Notes: generated by a model not told the origin, from the sequence alone. A stretch of DNA of 64,000 nt from Candidatus Melainabacteria bacterium (GCA_902168245.1 CABHPA010000026.1:20849-84848), one strand, 5' to 3'. Counted from the first letter of the stretch, positions 38,945-48,715 are shown. Made by a program: numbers and translations.

Positions 38945-39484
38945 TCAAACATTTTCCGGCAGCGCGGCGGGGTCAGCTTTCATGAAACGGTTTAACGCCA
39001 AAGGCGCCAGCAAAAACGCAACCATGACAGACCACAGCAACAGTTGATGCGCCGCCAGGGCCGAGCCAATCATCACCAGCATGGCGTTACGGATCAGGCG
39101 GGAAACAGTCAGAATCATCAGCAAGCGCCGGGGGCTGTAGTTGTTCAGGATCGCCAAAAAGCGCATAAAATCCAACGGGAAGGGCAGCGCATTAAACAGG
39201 AAGAGCCACAGGCCCGTTCTTCGCAGGAAAAATCTCTGGTAAGCCACCGGAATCTTGTGGGCCAACTGCGGATGGTTATGTACCCAGCGCCTTAACGCGC
39301 CTTGCAGGCATAGCCAGCCCAGCAAGGTACCCGCCGTGGCGACAGCCACCACCAGCACCGGAAAATGAAACTGGCCCAGCCACAGCACGGTGGCTGTTAA
39401 CGGCAAGGGAACCGGGCCGCTCCCGAAAAAACTAATCAGGAACAGGGCCGCCAGGCCGGATACAATCAGCCCGTCAATCGGCAT
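38945..39484 (-). CDS. DedA/VTT-like (YqaA-type) small membrane protein
   Basis: The chosen start is the internal ATG at 39484 (MPIDGLIVSGLAALFLISFFGSGPVPLPL…). There are about 4 TM helices. The upstream part of the ORF overlaps the next gene and is unlikely to be coding. Confidence 0.45.
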   Translation of the reverse strand: MPIDGLIVSGLAALFLISFFGSGPVPLPLTATVLWLGQFHFPVLVVAVATAGTLLGWLCLQGALRRWVHNHPQLAHKIPVAYQRFFLRRTGLWLFLFNALPFPLDFMRFLAILNNYSPRRLLMILTVSRLIRNAMLVMIGSALAAHQLLLWSVMVAFLLAPLALNRFMKADPAALPENV

Positions 39485-40325
39485 TGACCACCCGCAGCGT
39501 TTGGGGCTGCCGTATTTCCGGCCATTGCCCGCTGAGTTGGGGCTGCTGCTGCCTGCGGGCCAGAATGGCTTCCGCGATATCACGATCGGACGGTTTGTCC
39601 ACATCCATGCAGCATTCGGCAAAGGGCATTTCCACAATGCCCGCCTTGCACCCGAAAACGCGAGAAGCCGCCTCGGCCACCTCATGAATATCGGCCAGCC
39701 GAAGCAGAATGCGCAACGCAGCGATTGGGTTCAAGCGAAACAGGTTTTTCCAGGGCTTTTTACGGTTGCGATCAATCATTTCCATAAAGGCAACGCTACC
39801 ATGAAACTTCCGCCGGTTCACCAGAAACAGGTTCCCGCCGGAATACGCGTCACCCTTCACCTTAAAATACGTGCGCCTGCTTTGCGGATAGTGCCGATTC
39901 ACCTGGCTACGGCTGACGGCGGCGGCCCCAAAGGTAAGATCGCGCCGCATCACTTCCGCCACAAAGTAGTCAATCATCTCGCTGGTCAGCAGGGGATGAT
40001 CGCCGGAAACAAAAAGCACCCACTCCGCCTGCGGCAAGCGCTCCAGTGATTTGAGCATGGAGCCGACCGCCCGGTCTTCGCTGGGCCAGGCCCGAAAGGG
40101 AATTCCGGTTTTAAGGCCGGCCACCGCCGGATCGGAGGCGCTGACATGGATATCCGGCCGAAACCGTGAACCGGCAACGGCCTGTAGCACATAGGCCACC
40201 ATGGGCTGCCCCAACAACGGGAGCATGACCTTGCTTTGCAAGCCGGTTCCGGCAATCAGCGGGTTGTGGGAATCCCGTGAACCAGTCAAAATTACCGCCT
40301 GGAGCGTCATTAGCCTTTTCATCAT
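39474..40325 (-). CDS. MobA-like nucleotidyltransferase (NTP_transferase, GT-A fold)
   Basis: The chosen start is ATG 40325 (MMKRLMTLQAVILTGSRDS…). The longer ORF (to 40535) would read antisense through the tRNA-His gene and its promoter. The LQAVILTGS and LLGQPMVAYVL motifs resemble MobA/CofC-type guanylyltransferases. Confidence 0.5.
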   Translation of the reverse strand: MMKRLMTLQAVILTGSRDSHNPLIAGTGLQSKVMLPLLGQPMVAYVLQAVAGSRFRPDIHVSASDPAVAGLKTGIPFRAWPSEDRAVGSMLKSLERLPQAEWVLFVSGDHPLLTSEMIDYFVAEVMRRDLTFGAAAVSRSQVNRHYPQSRRTYFKVKGDAYSGGNLFLVNRRKFHGSVAFMEMIDRNRKKPWKNLFRLNPIAALRILLRLADIHEVAEAASRVFGCKAGIVEMPFAECCMDVDKPSDRDIAEAILARRQQQPQLSGQWPEIRQPQTLRVVNAD

Positions 40326-40415
40326 AGGAGTATGATAACACTGCTGTTTACATCGACGGGATCTCTGGCATAACAGTTCCCGCAAGAGTTCTAAAGGACT
40401 ATCTGAAAAAGGGGG

Positions 40416-40444
40416 TTGAGAATCCAAACCGTCTTGGTTACAAT
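40416..40444 (+). promoter_or_regulatory. Sigma-70-type promoter of tRNA-His (TTGAGA-17-TACAAT)
   Basis: The -35 is TTGAGA (40416-40421), the spacer is 17 nt, and the -10 is TACAAT (40439-40444). The mature tRNA 5' end lies 13 nt downstream. Confidence 0.5.
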
Positions 40445-40457
40445 AAGGCTCACTTAC

Positions 40458-40534
40458 GGCGGGTGTCGCCAAGCGGTCAAGGCCCCGGATTGTGGTTCCG
40501 GTATGCGTGGGTTCGATTCCCATCACTCGCCCCA
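40458..40534 (+). tRNA. tRNA-His (anticodon GUG) with encoded G-1 and 3' CCA
   Basis: Hand-folded as a cloverleaf. G-1 pairs with discriminator C73. The acceptor is GCGGGTG/CACTCGC with one G:U pair. The anticodon arm CCGGA-TTGTGGT-TCCGG has GTG at positions 34-36. The T arm is GTGGG-TTCGATT-CCCAT, and CCA is encoded. The fold closely parallels E. coli tRNA-His. Confidence 0.85.
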
Positions 40535-41078
40535 TTTTCTCTTTAATGAGCTTTTATCCAGTGTGTTTGGCCTATGTTAGACTAGGGTAGGCGTTTCAAG
40601 CGTTTTTACCCTTAATTCCAGAGAGAGATAATGCGCCGTTTGCGTGGTCTAGTTGTGAGATGCGGGTTAATGGCACTGCCGTTAGTCATGGTAATTTCAT
40701 TATGTTGCCTGATGTTCGGGCTGCGCGGCAATCGTTTTCGCCCCATCGCAACCCTGCCTCAACCACATCTGGTCGTGCAGTCTGCATTAATCCCCACTGC
40801 GGAAGCGGCCATACCGGAGCATCCCGCACCCTCCAGCCGAAAGCTGGCCGCTTTTGAGCGCCTTCATGTCTTCCACGCCAGACTAAACGTACCTGATTAA
40901 GGCCGTAACCGTGGGTATCCGCTGTAAAAACCGCTGAGAACAGGGCTTGCTTTGCATTTCAGACAGGTCTAATGGTTGATTTCGGCGGGTTTCGCCATTT
41001 ATGGTATTTTCGCACCCTTTGCGCGCAGCTTGATTTTAGGCTAACCTAGGCGCTGGAAGCAGCCAAACGAGGTTTTTC

Positions 41079-42137
41079 ATGTCGACGATTTCTTCCGATG
41101 AGGCCTACCGTCAGGCCGGTGTGGACTTAAAAAGCGCTGAGGCCGTGGTGGACATTGCCCGCAACGCCGCCCAGAAAACAGCCCGCCCCTGGTTGCTGGG
41201 AGGCATCGGAGGGTTCAGCGGGGCATTTGAGATTCCGGAAGGATACCGGCAGCCCGTATTGCTGTGTGCCTGCGATGGGGTTGGCACCAAGCTGAAACTG
41301 GCCTTTGAGGCCAACAAGCACGATACGGTGGGCGTCGATTTAGTGGCCATGAGCGTGAACGATATTCTGGTCAACGGCGGGGAACCGCTGGTGTTTCTGG
41401 ACTACCTGGCCACCCAGAAAATTCAGCCACCCCAACTGGAACAGATTCTGGCCGGGATTTCCGAAGGTTGCCAACAAGCCAACTGCGCGTTAATTGGCGG
41501 AGAAACCGCCGAGATGCCCGGCTTTTATGCCAAAGACGAATACGATTTGGCCGGTTTTTGCGTGGGCGTAGTGGAAAAAGCCCATCTTTACCCGCGCAAG
41601 GCGCAAATTCAGGCGGGCGATATACTGATTGGACTTTCCAGTTCCGGCTTGCACAGCAACGGTTATAGCCTGGTGCGCAAAATCCTGTTTACAGACAACC
41701 AGGTGGACTTAAACGCCCATATTCCTGAACTGGGCAGCGTGTTGGCCGATGTGTTGCTGGCGCCTACCCGTATTTACGTTAAGTCCGTCCTGCAAGTCCT
41801 TAAAAAGTACCCGGCCGCCGTGCATGCCATGGTTCATGTAACTGGTGGCGGCTTCTACGACAATATTCCACGGGTGCTGAACCCCGATTTATCTGCGGAA
41901 ATTGACGCTTCCAGTTGGCAAGCGCCGCCTGTCTTCCGGTATTTGCAAGCCTTGGGCAAACTTTCCAACGAGGCCATGTGGCACACCTTCAACTGCGGCA
42001 TCGGGTTTATCCTGGCGGTGGATCCCCAACACGCGCAGCAGGTTCTGGACGCCTTTAACCAGGAAACCGATGAAAAGGCGGCCATTATCGGCAAGCTCAT
42101 CCCCGCGCAAGGCCAATCCCAGGTGATTATTCAATGA
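41079..42137 (+). CDS. purM: Phosphoribosylformylglycinamidine cyclo-ligase (AIR synthetase)
   Basis: Carries GVDLKSAEAVV, LLCACDGVGTKLKLA and GGETAEMPG, all classical PurM motifs. Confidence 0.9.
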   Translation: MSTISSDEAYRQAGVDLKSAEAVVDIARNAAQKTARPWLLGGIGGFSGAFEIPEGYRQPVLLCACDGVGTKLKLAFEANKHDTVGVDLVAMSVNDILVNGGEPLVFLDYLATQKIQPPQLEQILAGISEGCQQANCALIGGETAEMPGFYAKDEYDLAGFCVGVVEKAHLYPRKAQIQAGDILIGLSSSGLHSNGYSLVRKILFTDNQVDLNAHIPELGSVLADVLLAPTRIYVKSVLQVLKKYPAAVHAMVHVTGGGFYDNIPRVLNPDLSAEIDASSWQAPPVFRYLQALGKLSNEAMWHTFNCGIGFILAVDPQHAQQVLDAFNQETDEKAAIIGKLIPAQGQSQVIIQ

Positions 42138-42784
42138 ACGCTTCAAAAAAATGGCGGTTGGGCATGCTGCTTTCCGGTAGGGGCAGCAATTTTGAGGCCA
42201 TTCAGGAGGCGATTGAGCAGGGGCAGCTCCCCAATACAGAAGTGGCCATTGTGGTGTCCAACCATGCGGACGCTGGCGGGCTGATGCTGGCCCAATCCAA
42301 GGGACTGAAAACCGCCGCTTTCGACAAGCAGCAATTTGAGAACCGGGCCGCGTTCGACCGTGCCGTTGCCGAAACGCTTCAGGCCCACCAGGTCGATCTG
42401 GTAATTCTGGCCGGTTACGACCGAATTATCAGCGCCCCGCTTCTGGAGGCTTACCCGGCGCGAATTCTGAACATTCACCCCAGCCTGCTACCAGCCTATG
42501 GCGGTAAAGGAATGGTGGGAATCAAGGTTCATGAAGCCGTTGTGGAAAACCGGGAAGCGCACTCCGGTTGCACGGTGCATATTGTGACCGATGTGGTGGA
42601 CGGTGGCGCCATTGTGGGGCAACGCAGCGTCCCGGTGCTGGATTCCGACACACCGGAAACACTGGCGGCCCGTATACTAGAGCAGGAACACCAGTTATAC
42701 TCGCAGGCCATTCGTGAATTTATAGCCAAATATTTCGCTCAAGAGGGAGAAACCGATTCCTATGAACGCAACGCCTTGGTTTAA
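42134..42784 (+). CDS. purN: Phosphoribosylglycinamide formyltransferase
   Basis: ATGA start/stop overlap with purM. Carries LLSGRGSNFEAI and NIHPSLLPAYGG (the catalytic NxHPSLLP motif). Confidence 0.85.
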   Translation: MNASKKWRLGMLLSGRGSNFEAIQEAIEQGQLPNTEVAIVVSNHADAGGLMLAQSKGLKTAAFDKQQFENRAAFDRAVAETLQAHQVDLVILAGYDRIISAPLLEAYPARILNIHPSLLPAYGGKGMVGIKVHEAVVENREAHSGCTVHIVTDVVDGGAIVGQRSVPVLDSDTPETLAARILEQEHQLYSQAIREFIAKYFAQEGETDSYERNALV

Positions 42785-43337
42785 GCAGTCTATTGTGGCC
42801 GTTCTGGCCGGTGCATTGGTGTTGTCCGCAAGCGGGTGCCAGAAAGACATAGCGCACCAGCGTTCGATTGCAGAACTCAACCAGAAAGCCCAGGCGCTGA
42901 TGAGCGCAGGCGATTACGACGGGGCCATCGGTAGGCTGGAGGCCGCCCATGATTTACAGCCCGATGAGCCAAACACCTTGCATAACCTGGCAATCGCTTA
43001 CCAAACCAAGGGTGAATACGATAAGGCCATTGCCACGTTCAAGGAAGTAATGGACAAACCCGGCATGGATAAAGCGGAAATTCAGAAGGCATTGGGTATC
43101 TCTTACGAGACCAAGGCGGATACCTTGGACGCCAAAGCCAAAGAGGCGGAAGAATCCGCCAAGCCGGATAAGGCGAAAGCCCAGCAGCTTCACCAGGAAG
43201 CGAATCAGGCGTATCATCAGGCGTTGGATTACTACCAGCAGGCCGTTGGCGGGCTGAAAGACCCGACAGAAGTGAAAGCGCAAATCAAGGCGCTGGAAGA
43301 CAGTTTCAAAAAACAGGAAGCGGGCGTCCCGCAATAA
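42762..43337 (+). CDS. TPR-repeat lipoprotein
   Basis: The signal has a lipobox (LVLSASGC). Two or three TPR-like repeats follow (NLAIAYQTKGEYDKAIATFKEVM). The start overlaps the purN 3' end by 23 nt. Confidence 0.55.
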   Translation: MNATPWFKQSIVAVLAGALVLSASGCQKDIAHQRSIAELNQKAQALMSAGDYDGAIGRLEAAHDLQPDEPNTLHNLAIAYQTKGEYDKAIATFKEVMDKPGMDKAEIQKALGISYETKADTLDAKAKEAEESAKPDKAKAQQLHQEANQAYHQALDYYQQAVGGLKDPTEVKAQIKALEDSFKKQEAGVPQ

Positions 43338-43374
43338 ATCCCGCGCCTTCTTTACCCGTGCGCCGCTTGGGGTT

Positions 43375-44442
43375 ATGATGGTGCGTATGAAAGAGACGTT
43401 GAGCAAGCTGATTTCAAAACTCAGCCAGGGCCGTATCCTGGTGGTGGGCGATTTGGTGATTGATGAGATGGTGTATGGCGCCACCCACCGCCTCTCGCGG
43501 GAAGCCCCGGTGCTGATCCTGCGCCACCAGCGGGCGGATATTATTTTGGGTGCGGCGGGCAACGCGGCGCACAACGTGGCCAGACTGAACGCCAAGCGCA
43601 CTGCCGTTGTGGGCGTTTCCGGCAAAGACTATTACTGCTCCCTGCTGATTGAGGCATTGCAGCGCGATGGCATTGACAGCGTGGGGCTGATTCAGGACGA
43701 AGACCGGCCTACCAGCACCAAAACCCGAATTTCCGGCATCGCCAACCATTCCGTAACCCAGCAGATTGTGCGAATCGACCGGGAATCCGCCGCCCCGGTG
43801 TCTGCCAAGGTAGAAAACCAATTGCTGGACACGCTAAGCAAACTGGCCCCGGACTTTGACGCTCTGCTGCTTTCCGATTACGGGCTAGGCGTGTTTACGC
43901 CTGCGGTTATTGAGCATTGCCAGAAACTCAGCCAAAAACACGAAATTCTAATGGCGGTGGACAGCCAGGGCGATTTAAGCGCCTTTCAGGGGGCGAGCAT
44001 TATTACCCCCAACCAACCGGAAGCCGAGAAAAACGTAGGCTTCAACCTAGACGCCCCTGCGGATGTGCTAAAAGGCGGACAGGTTCTATTGGAAAAAACC
44101 AACGCCCAAAACGTGCTGATTACCCGTGGCGAAAGCGGCATGAGCCTATTTGAGCGCCAGCCGGACGATAAAACGCCCAAAGCCACGAATATCCCGGTAT
44201 TCAACCACAGCGAAGTGTTTGACGTGACCGGCGCAGGCGATACGGTGGTAGGAACCCTCACCCTGGCGCTGACGGCGGGGGCTTCATTGCTGGAGGCGGC
44301 GGTATTGGGCAATCTAGCGGCCAGCATTGTAGTCAAGCGTTTTGGCGCTGCCACTACCAATCAGCAGGAATTGCTGGCCGCACTCGACAGCCTGGATGAA
44401 AGCCTGCTGCAAAACCTGGGTAGCAGCCCCATGCAGGTGTAA
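43375..44442 (+). CDS. hldA: D-glycero-beta-D-manno-heptose-7-phosphate kinase (RfaE domain I / HldA-like, PfkB family)
   Basis: ILVVGDLVIDEMVYGATHRLSREAPVLIL matches the RfaE-I N-terminus. PfkB motifs GAAGNAAHNVARL and DVTGAGDTVVGTL are present. It has no adenylyltransferase domain, so the enzyme is monofunctional. Confidence 0.7.
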   Translation: MMVRMKETLSKLISKLSQGRILVVGDLVIDEMVYGATHRLSREAPVLILRHQRADIILGAAGNAAHNVARLNAKRTAVVGVSGKDYYCSLLIEALQRDGIDSVGLIQDEDRPTSTKTRISGIANHSVTQQIVRIDRESAAPVSAKVENQLLDTLSKLAPDFDALLLSDYGLGVFTPAVIEHCQKLSQKHEILMAVDSQGDLSAFQGASIITPNQPEAEKNVGFNLDAPADVLKGGQVLLEKTNAQNVLITRGESGMSLFERQPDDKTPKATNIPVFNHSEVFDVTGAGDTVVGTLTLALTAGASLLEAAVLGNLAASIVVKRFGAATTNQQELLAALDSLDESLLQNLGSSPMQV

Positions 44443-44497
44443 GTGATTTAATTTTCGGCAAACACGCAACAGATATTCGAATAGAGAGACGCAAGCC

Positions 44498-45058
44498 ATG
44501 TTCATTGATCAATCGGGAAAACTGTTCGGCAAAATCAACATTATCGATTTGGGCGGCATGGCGCTGGCTTTGCTGGCCGCAGTCGGCATTATGGCGGTAC
44601 AGTCGGGCATGTATCAGACCTCCGGGCAGATGATCAAGGGCGAAGGCGACATTAACTACACCATCTACATCCGCAACCTGAAAACCATGCAGCCGGATCT
44701 CTTCGAGCCGGGCAAAAAGCTGTCCATCACCATCCGCAACCAGCCGCGCGGCGAAGTGACCATTGTGAACGTCAAGAAAAAGCCCAAGCAGTCCTCGTTT
44801 ATGCTGCCCGGCGGCGCGCTGAAAACCGTGGAAGATCCCGCCGATCCGTACGGCTACGATTACCTGATCACCCTGAAGGATCACGCGCTGTTCAGCAAGG
44901 ACGGCTACGTGACCGAGGGCATCAAGGTCAAAATTGGTTTGGGCATTGAAGTGGAAGGCCATAATTACCGGGTGCCCGGCGCGATTGTGGATATCAAAGA
45001 AGTTTCAGGAAACGCGTCCGCCACAAAGCCTGAAGCCAAATCCGGCGCCAAACCGTAA
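44498..45058 (+). CDS. DUF4330-like protein (N-terminal membrane anchor)
   Basis: The N-terminus GKLFGKINIIDLGGMALALLAAVGI resembles DUF4330. The identification rests on memory of the family and was not confirmed by a search. Confidence 0.45.
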   Translation: MFIDQSGKLFGKINIIDLGGMALALLAAVGIMAVQSGMYQTSGQMIKGEGDINYTIYIRNLKTMQPDLFEPGKKLSITIRNQPRGEVTIVNVKKKPKQSSFMLPGGALKTVEDPADPYGYDYLITLKDHALFSKDGYVTEGIKVKIGLGIEVEGHNYRVPGAIVDIKEVSGNASATKPEAKSGAKP

Positions 45059-45120
45059 ACGCCATGACTTTCCTGAAAACCGCTTTAGAGAGTTCCTGCC
45101 TGCTCCGTCCCTGGGTCAGC

Positions 45121-46536
45121 ATGGCTGAGACTACCGGCATACAAATCGCCGAATGGATTCGTAGTTCCCGCTTGTTTGGCGGCCTGTACCAAGCAGCCAG
45201 TCGCCTTGGGGGAGCCAGCCCCAGCATTTTGTGGTTTGGCGCGTTGTTTCGGTTTGTGTTGGTGGTTGGGGTTATCGGGCTGTTCGTGTTGCTTTCTTAC
45301 AGCAGTACGGGCGTCATCGGCGCGGTCACCATGCTGCTATTCGCCATGGTTCTGGTGGGATGGGCCTGCTTTCGGCCTGCGGTTCTTTCTAAAATAACGA
45401 TTGTGGATGTATTGGTGGCCTGCTTTCTGGCTTCTGCAATGCTATCCACGGCCTTTTCCTCGTTTTTCCACACCAGCCTGATTGGCCTGGCCAAAATGCT
45501 GACCTTTGTGGCCGGTTACGTGGTGTTCCGGGTGGTCAGCGAGAACGGCAGCACCACCATTGGCGTTTTGATGGGCCTACTGACCTTCATCGGCCTGAGC
45601 GAATCGGTATTAGGGCTGTACCAGTACATCAATCACATTGAACCGCGCGCCACCTGGACCGATCCGAGCTTGAACCCGGAATTGCAGATGAGCCGCATTT
45701 TCGGTTCCCTGCAACCGGCCAACCCCAACTTGCTGGCCGGTTTTTTAATTCCCTGCTTTGCGGCGGCGGCAGGCACCTCGCTGCTTTATTTCCGCAGGAA
45801 AACCTTCTGGGTTTCGCTGGCGTTTATCGGCATTGCGGCTTTAATCCTGGTCGCACTGGTGTTGACCGGCTCCCGTGGCGGTTTTTTAGCCATTGGCGGC
45901 ATGTTCGTGTGCATGTTCGGCTACCTGGGACATCTCATCTGGCATGAGAAGGAATTATCCAGTTTCAAATGGATGAAGCCTGCCTGGCTCATCATTCTGC
46001 TGGTGAGCCTGCTAACCATTACCGGCGGGGTACTGTCTTCCGAGAAACTCCGCACCCGTGTAGCCTCCATTTTCGCCATGCGGGAAGACAGCAGCATCTC
46101 TTACCGGCTGAACGTGTATAATAGCGCCTTCCAAATGGCGAGAGACAACCCCATTGTGGGCATTGGCCCCGGCAACGGCACCTTTAAACTAGTGTACGGG
46201 CTGTACATGGTGCCGGGCTATAACGCGCTGGGTTCTTACAGCGTACCGCTGGAAATTACGGTGGAGCAAGGCTTAATCGGTCTCACCATCTTCTTGTCCC
46301 TGCTGTTCGTGCTGATTCTGCGCACCTTTCTGGCGCTGGAATCCCCCGCGCTCAACCTGCAACAGAAATTGCTGGCGGGCTCGCTGCTCACAGGGATTAT
46401 CGGCTCTTTCATGTACGGCATTTTCGATACCATCTGGTACCGCCCCTCGGTCAATCTGCTATTCTGGTTTATGGTGGCCTCCCTGGCCAAGCTGACCGAA
46501 CCGCAGAATGCCAACGTATTCAAAGGGAAGCTGTAA
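45121..46536 (+). CDS. O-antigen ligase (WaaL/RfaL)-family membrane protein
   Basis: About 12 TM helices. The motif TGSRGGFLAIGGMFV sits in the large periplasmic loop, as is characteristic. The ORF is open from 45064, and ATG 45121 is preferred as the start. Confidence 0.6.
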   Translation: MAETTGIQIAEWIRSSRLFGGLYQAASRLGGASPSILWFGALFRFVLVVGVIGLFVLLSYSSTGVIGAVTMLLFAMVLVGWACFRPAVLSKITIVDVLVACFLASAMLSTAFSSFFHTSLIGLAKMLTFVAGYVVFRVVSENGSTTIGVLMGLLTFIGLSESVLGLYQYINHIEPRATWTDPSLNPELQMSRIFGSLQPANPNLLAGFLIPCFAAAAGTSLLYFRRKTFWVSLAFIGIAALILVALVLTGSRGGFLAIGGMFVCMFGYLGHLIWHEKELSSFKWMKPAWLIILLVSLLTITGGVLSSEKLRTRVASIFAMREDSSISYRLNVYNSAFQMARDNPIVGIGPGNGTFKLVYGLYMVPGYNALGSYSVPLEITVEQGLIGLTIFLSLLFVLILRTFLALESPALNLQQKLLAGSLLTGIIGSFMYGIFDTIWYRPSVNLLFWFMVASLAKLTEPQNANVFKGKL

Positions 46537-47643
46537 ATGCAGCCTGAAAACATTAAGAAAATCGCCTTTATTAATTTTGGCGGCATTGGCGATGAGATTT
46601 TATTCGCCCCGGTGATTGAGGAAGTGACAAAGCACCTGCCCGGCGCGCATACCACGCTGTTTCTGGAAGACCGCAGCCGCGCCGTGAAAGAACTGCTTGC
46701 CGGTGTGGACACGGTGAAAGAGCTGGACATTCAGGGGCAATCCCGACTGAAAACGTTTTTTCAGCTTTGGAGGCGGTTGCGCGGCAAGTATTTTGACGTG
46801 GTCATTTCCAGCGGGAGCAGCCCGTTTATTCCTATTTTGCTGTTTTTAAGCGGAATCCCGGTTCGGGTTGGTTTTAAAACAGGCGGCACCAGCAGGCAAT
46901 TCCTCACCGTGGAAGCCCCGCTGGCGCCCAAGCACGATCGTAAAGGCTATGCGGCCAGCATGTATTTCGCGCTGGCGCGGAGTTTTCTGGAATGGCTGCT
47001 GAAAGATGGCTACACGCCTACTCAGCCGGTACTGCCGCACCTGAAGGAACTGTCTCTGGAAGACTTAATGTGGGCCAAGGGCATTTTAAAGCCGGATGAG
47101 CCGGAGAAAAAAATTCTGCTGCACCCCGGCGTCAGCGCCATTAGCGTACAAAAGAACATCCTGAAAAGCTGGCCGCCGGAATCCTGGGCCGAATTAGTGC
47201 AAAAACTGACCGAGGAAGGCCACAAGGTTTACCTGGTGGGAGGCCCGGACGACAAGCAGGCCGTGGAGCAGATTATGGCGCAATTGCCGCAGGATTTGCC
47301 CCGATTCACCAACCTGTACGGGCAAACCCGAAACTTGCGCCAACTAGCCGCGCTGGTGCAGGAAAGCGATTTATTGCTATGCGTGGACTCTTCTCCCATG
47401 CACTTGGCAGTGGGGTACCAAAAGCCGCTGGTGGCAGTGTTTGGCCCAACGGATGAAAAAAAACTGCTGCCCCTGGATGACCCGCGCTTTCAGGCCGTCG
47501 GCGTATCGGGCTTAAACTGCCGCCCCTGCCTGTGGGATGTACGCAACGACTGCTGTGACAAGCCGGTTTGCCTGAATGTACCGGTGGAAGCCATGCTGAA
47601 CGCGGTGCATCGTGCGTTGGCCTTGCCAAGCCATCAGGCATAG
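46537..47643 (+). CDS. Family 9 glycosyltransferase (LPS heptosyltransferase-like)
   Basis: Carries IAFINFGGIGDEILFAPVIEEV (the GT9 N-terminus) and LLCVDSSPMHLAVG in the C-terminal domain. It starts 1 nt after the ligase stop. Confidence 0.75.
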   Translation: MQPENIKKIAFINFGGIGDEILFAPVIEEVTKHLPGAHTTLFLEDRSRAVKELLAGVDTVKELDIQGQSRLKTFFQLWRRLRGKYFDVVISSGSSPFIPILLFLSGIPVRVGFKTGGTSRQFLTVEAPLAPKHDRKGYAASMYFALARSFLEWLLKDGYTPTQPVLPHLKELSLEDLMWAKGILKPDEPEKKILLHPGVSAISVQKNILKSWPPESWAELVQKLTEEGHKVYLVGGPDDKQAVEQIMAQLPQDLPRFTNLYGQTRNLRQLAALVQESDLLLCVDSSPMHLAVGYQKPLVAVFGPTDEKKLLPLDDPRFQAVGVSGLNCRPCLWDVRNDCCDKPVCLNVPVEAMLNAVHRALALPSHQA

Positions 47644-47737
47644 GCAAACTCAGGCAAGCCTGAAGGCCGTTTACAGGCAATTTTCTGCGGCAAGGGAATC
47701 TTGCGCCAGAAGCCCAAAGCGGGTGTAAAATAGGCAT

Positions 47738-48712
47738 ATGAGCAAACTGCTGGAAAGTCAGGCCCAAGAAACCCAAGCCCTGCTGGAGCGGGTGCTTTAC
47801 GAGCTGAAAAAAGTCATTGTGGGTCAGGAGCATCTGCTGGAGCGGTTGCTAGTCGCCATTGTCGCCGGGGGGCATGTGCTGGTGGAAGGCGCGCCGGGAC
47901 TGGCCAAAACGCTCACCCTCAAGTGCCTTAGCCAGGTCATGTCGGTGGAATTCAAGCGCATCCAGTTTACGCCGGACTTGCTGCCCTCCGATTTAATCGG
48001 CACCCGCATTTACAACCCCGCCAGCGGCGTGTTCAGCACCGAAACCGGGCCGCTGTTCGCCAATTTTATACTGGCCGATGAAATTAACCGCGCGCCCGCC
48101 AAGGTGCAAAGCGCCCTGCTGGAAGCCATGCAGGAGCATCAGGTGACGATTGGACGGGAAACCTTCCCGCTAAAAGCGCCGTTTTTGGTAATGGCCACCC
48201 AGAACCCGATTGAGTCGGAAGGCACCTTCAACCTGCCAGAGGCGCAACTGGATCGGTTCCTGTTCAAGCTGCTCATTCAGTACCCGTCGGCAGAAGAGGA
48301 AATGGTGATTATCCAGCGCATGAGCGGGGAAAGCCTGGCGGAACTGGAAGCGCTACTGGATGCCGAGGTCATTTTAGGCATGATGCGCCAGGCGCAGGCC
48401 GTTTACCTGGATCCCAAGCTGATGCAGTACATTGTGGACTTAATCGACGCCACCCGAAAGCCGGGGCAGGCTTCCATCCTGTACGGCGCTTCCCCGCGCG
48501 GGTCGCTGGCGCTGGCGAACGCCAGCAAAGCCATGGCCCTGCTGAACGGCAGAACCTATGTAACCCCCGCCGATATTGAAAAGCTGATCCATGATTGCCT
48601 GCGCCACCGGATTATTCTCTCTTACGAAGGGTTGGCAGGCGGATTGACCCCGGACAAACTGCTGGATGAAATCCGGGCCTCGGTTCCCCCTCCCGCCATG
48701 ACGGGCGTGTAA
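47738..48712 (+). CDS. MoxR-family AAA+ ATPase
   Basis: Carries GQEHLLERLLVAIVAGGHVLVEGAPGLAKT (Walker A), LADEINRAPAKVQSALLEAMQE (Walker B / sensor), and VMATQNPIE. Confidence 0.85.
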   Translation: MSKLLESQAQETQALLERVLYELKKVIVGQEHLLERLLVAIVAGGHVLVEGAPGLAKTLTLKCLSQVMSVEFKRIQFTPDLLPSDLIGTRIYNPASGVFSTETGPLFANFILADEINRAPAKVQSALLEAMQEHQVTIGRETFPLKAPFLVMATQNPIESEGTFNLPEAQLDRFLFKLLIQYPSAEEEMVIIQRMSGESLAELEALLDAEVILGMMRQAQAVYLDPKLMQYIVDLIDATRKPGQASILYGASPRGSLALANASKAMALLNGRTYVTPADIEKLIHDCLRHRIILSYEGLAGGLTPDKLLDEIRASVPPPAMTGV

Positions 48713-48715
48713 GCC

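Noticed and set aside
39474-40535. Full 353-aa extent of the nucleotidyltransferase ORF
   Set aside because: The first 70 codons read antisense through tRNA-His and its promoter. The gene was trimmed to ATG 40325.
40901-41078. Purine or ZTP riboswitch upstream of purM
   Set aside because: I looked for the purine-riboswitch UAUA…UCUACC and ZTP CCGCCUGGGC cores and found neither.
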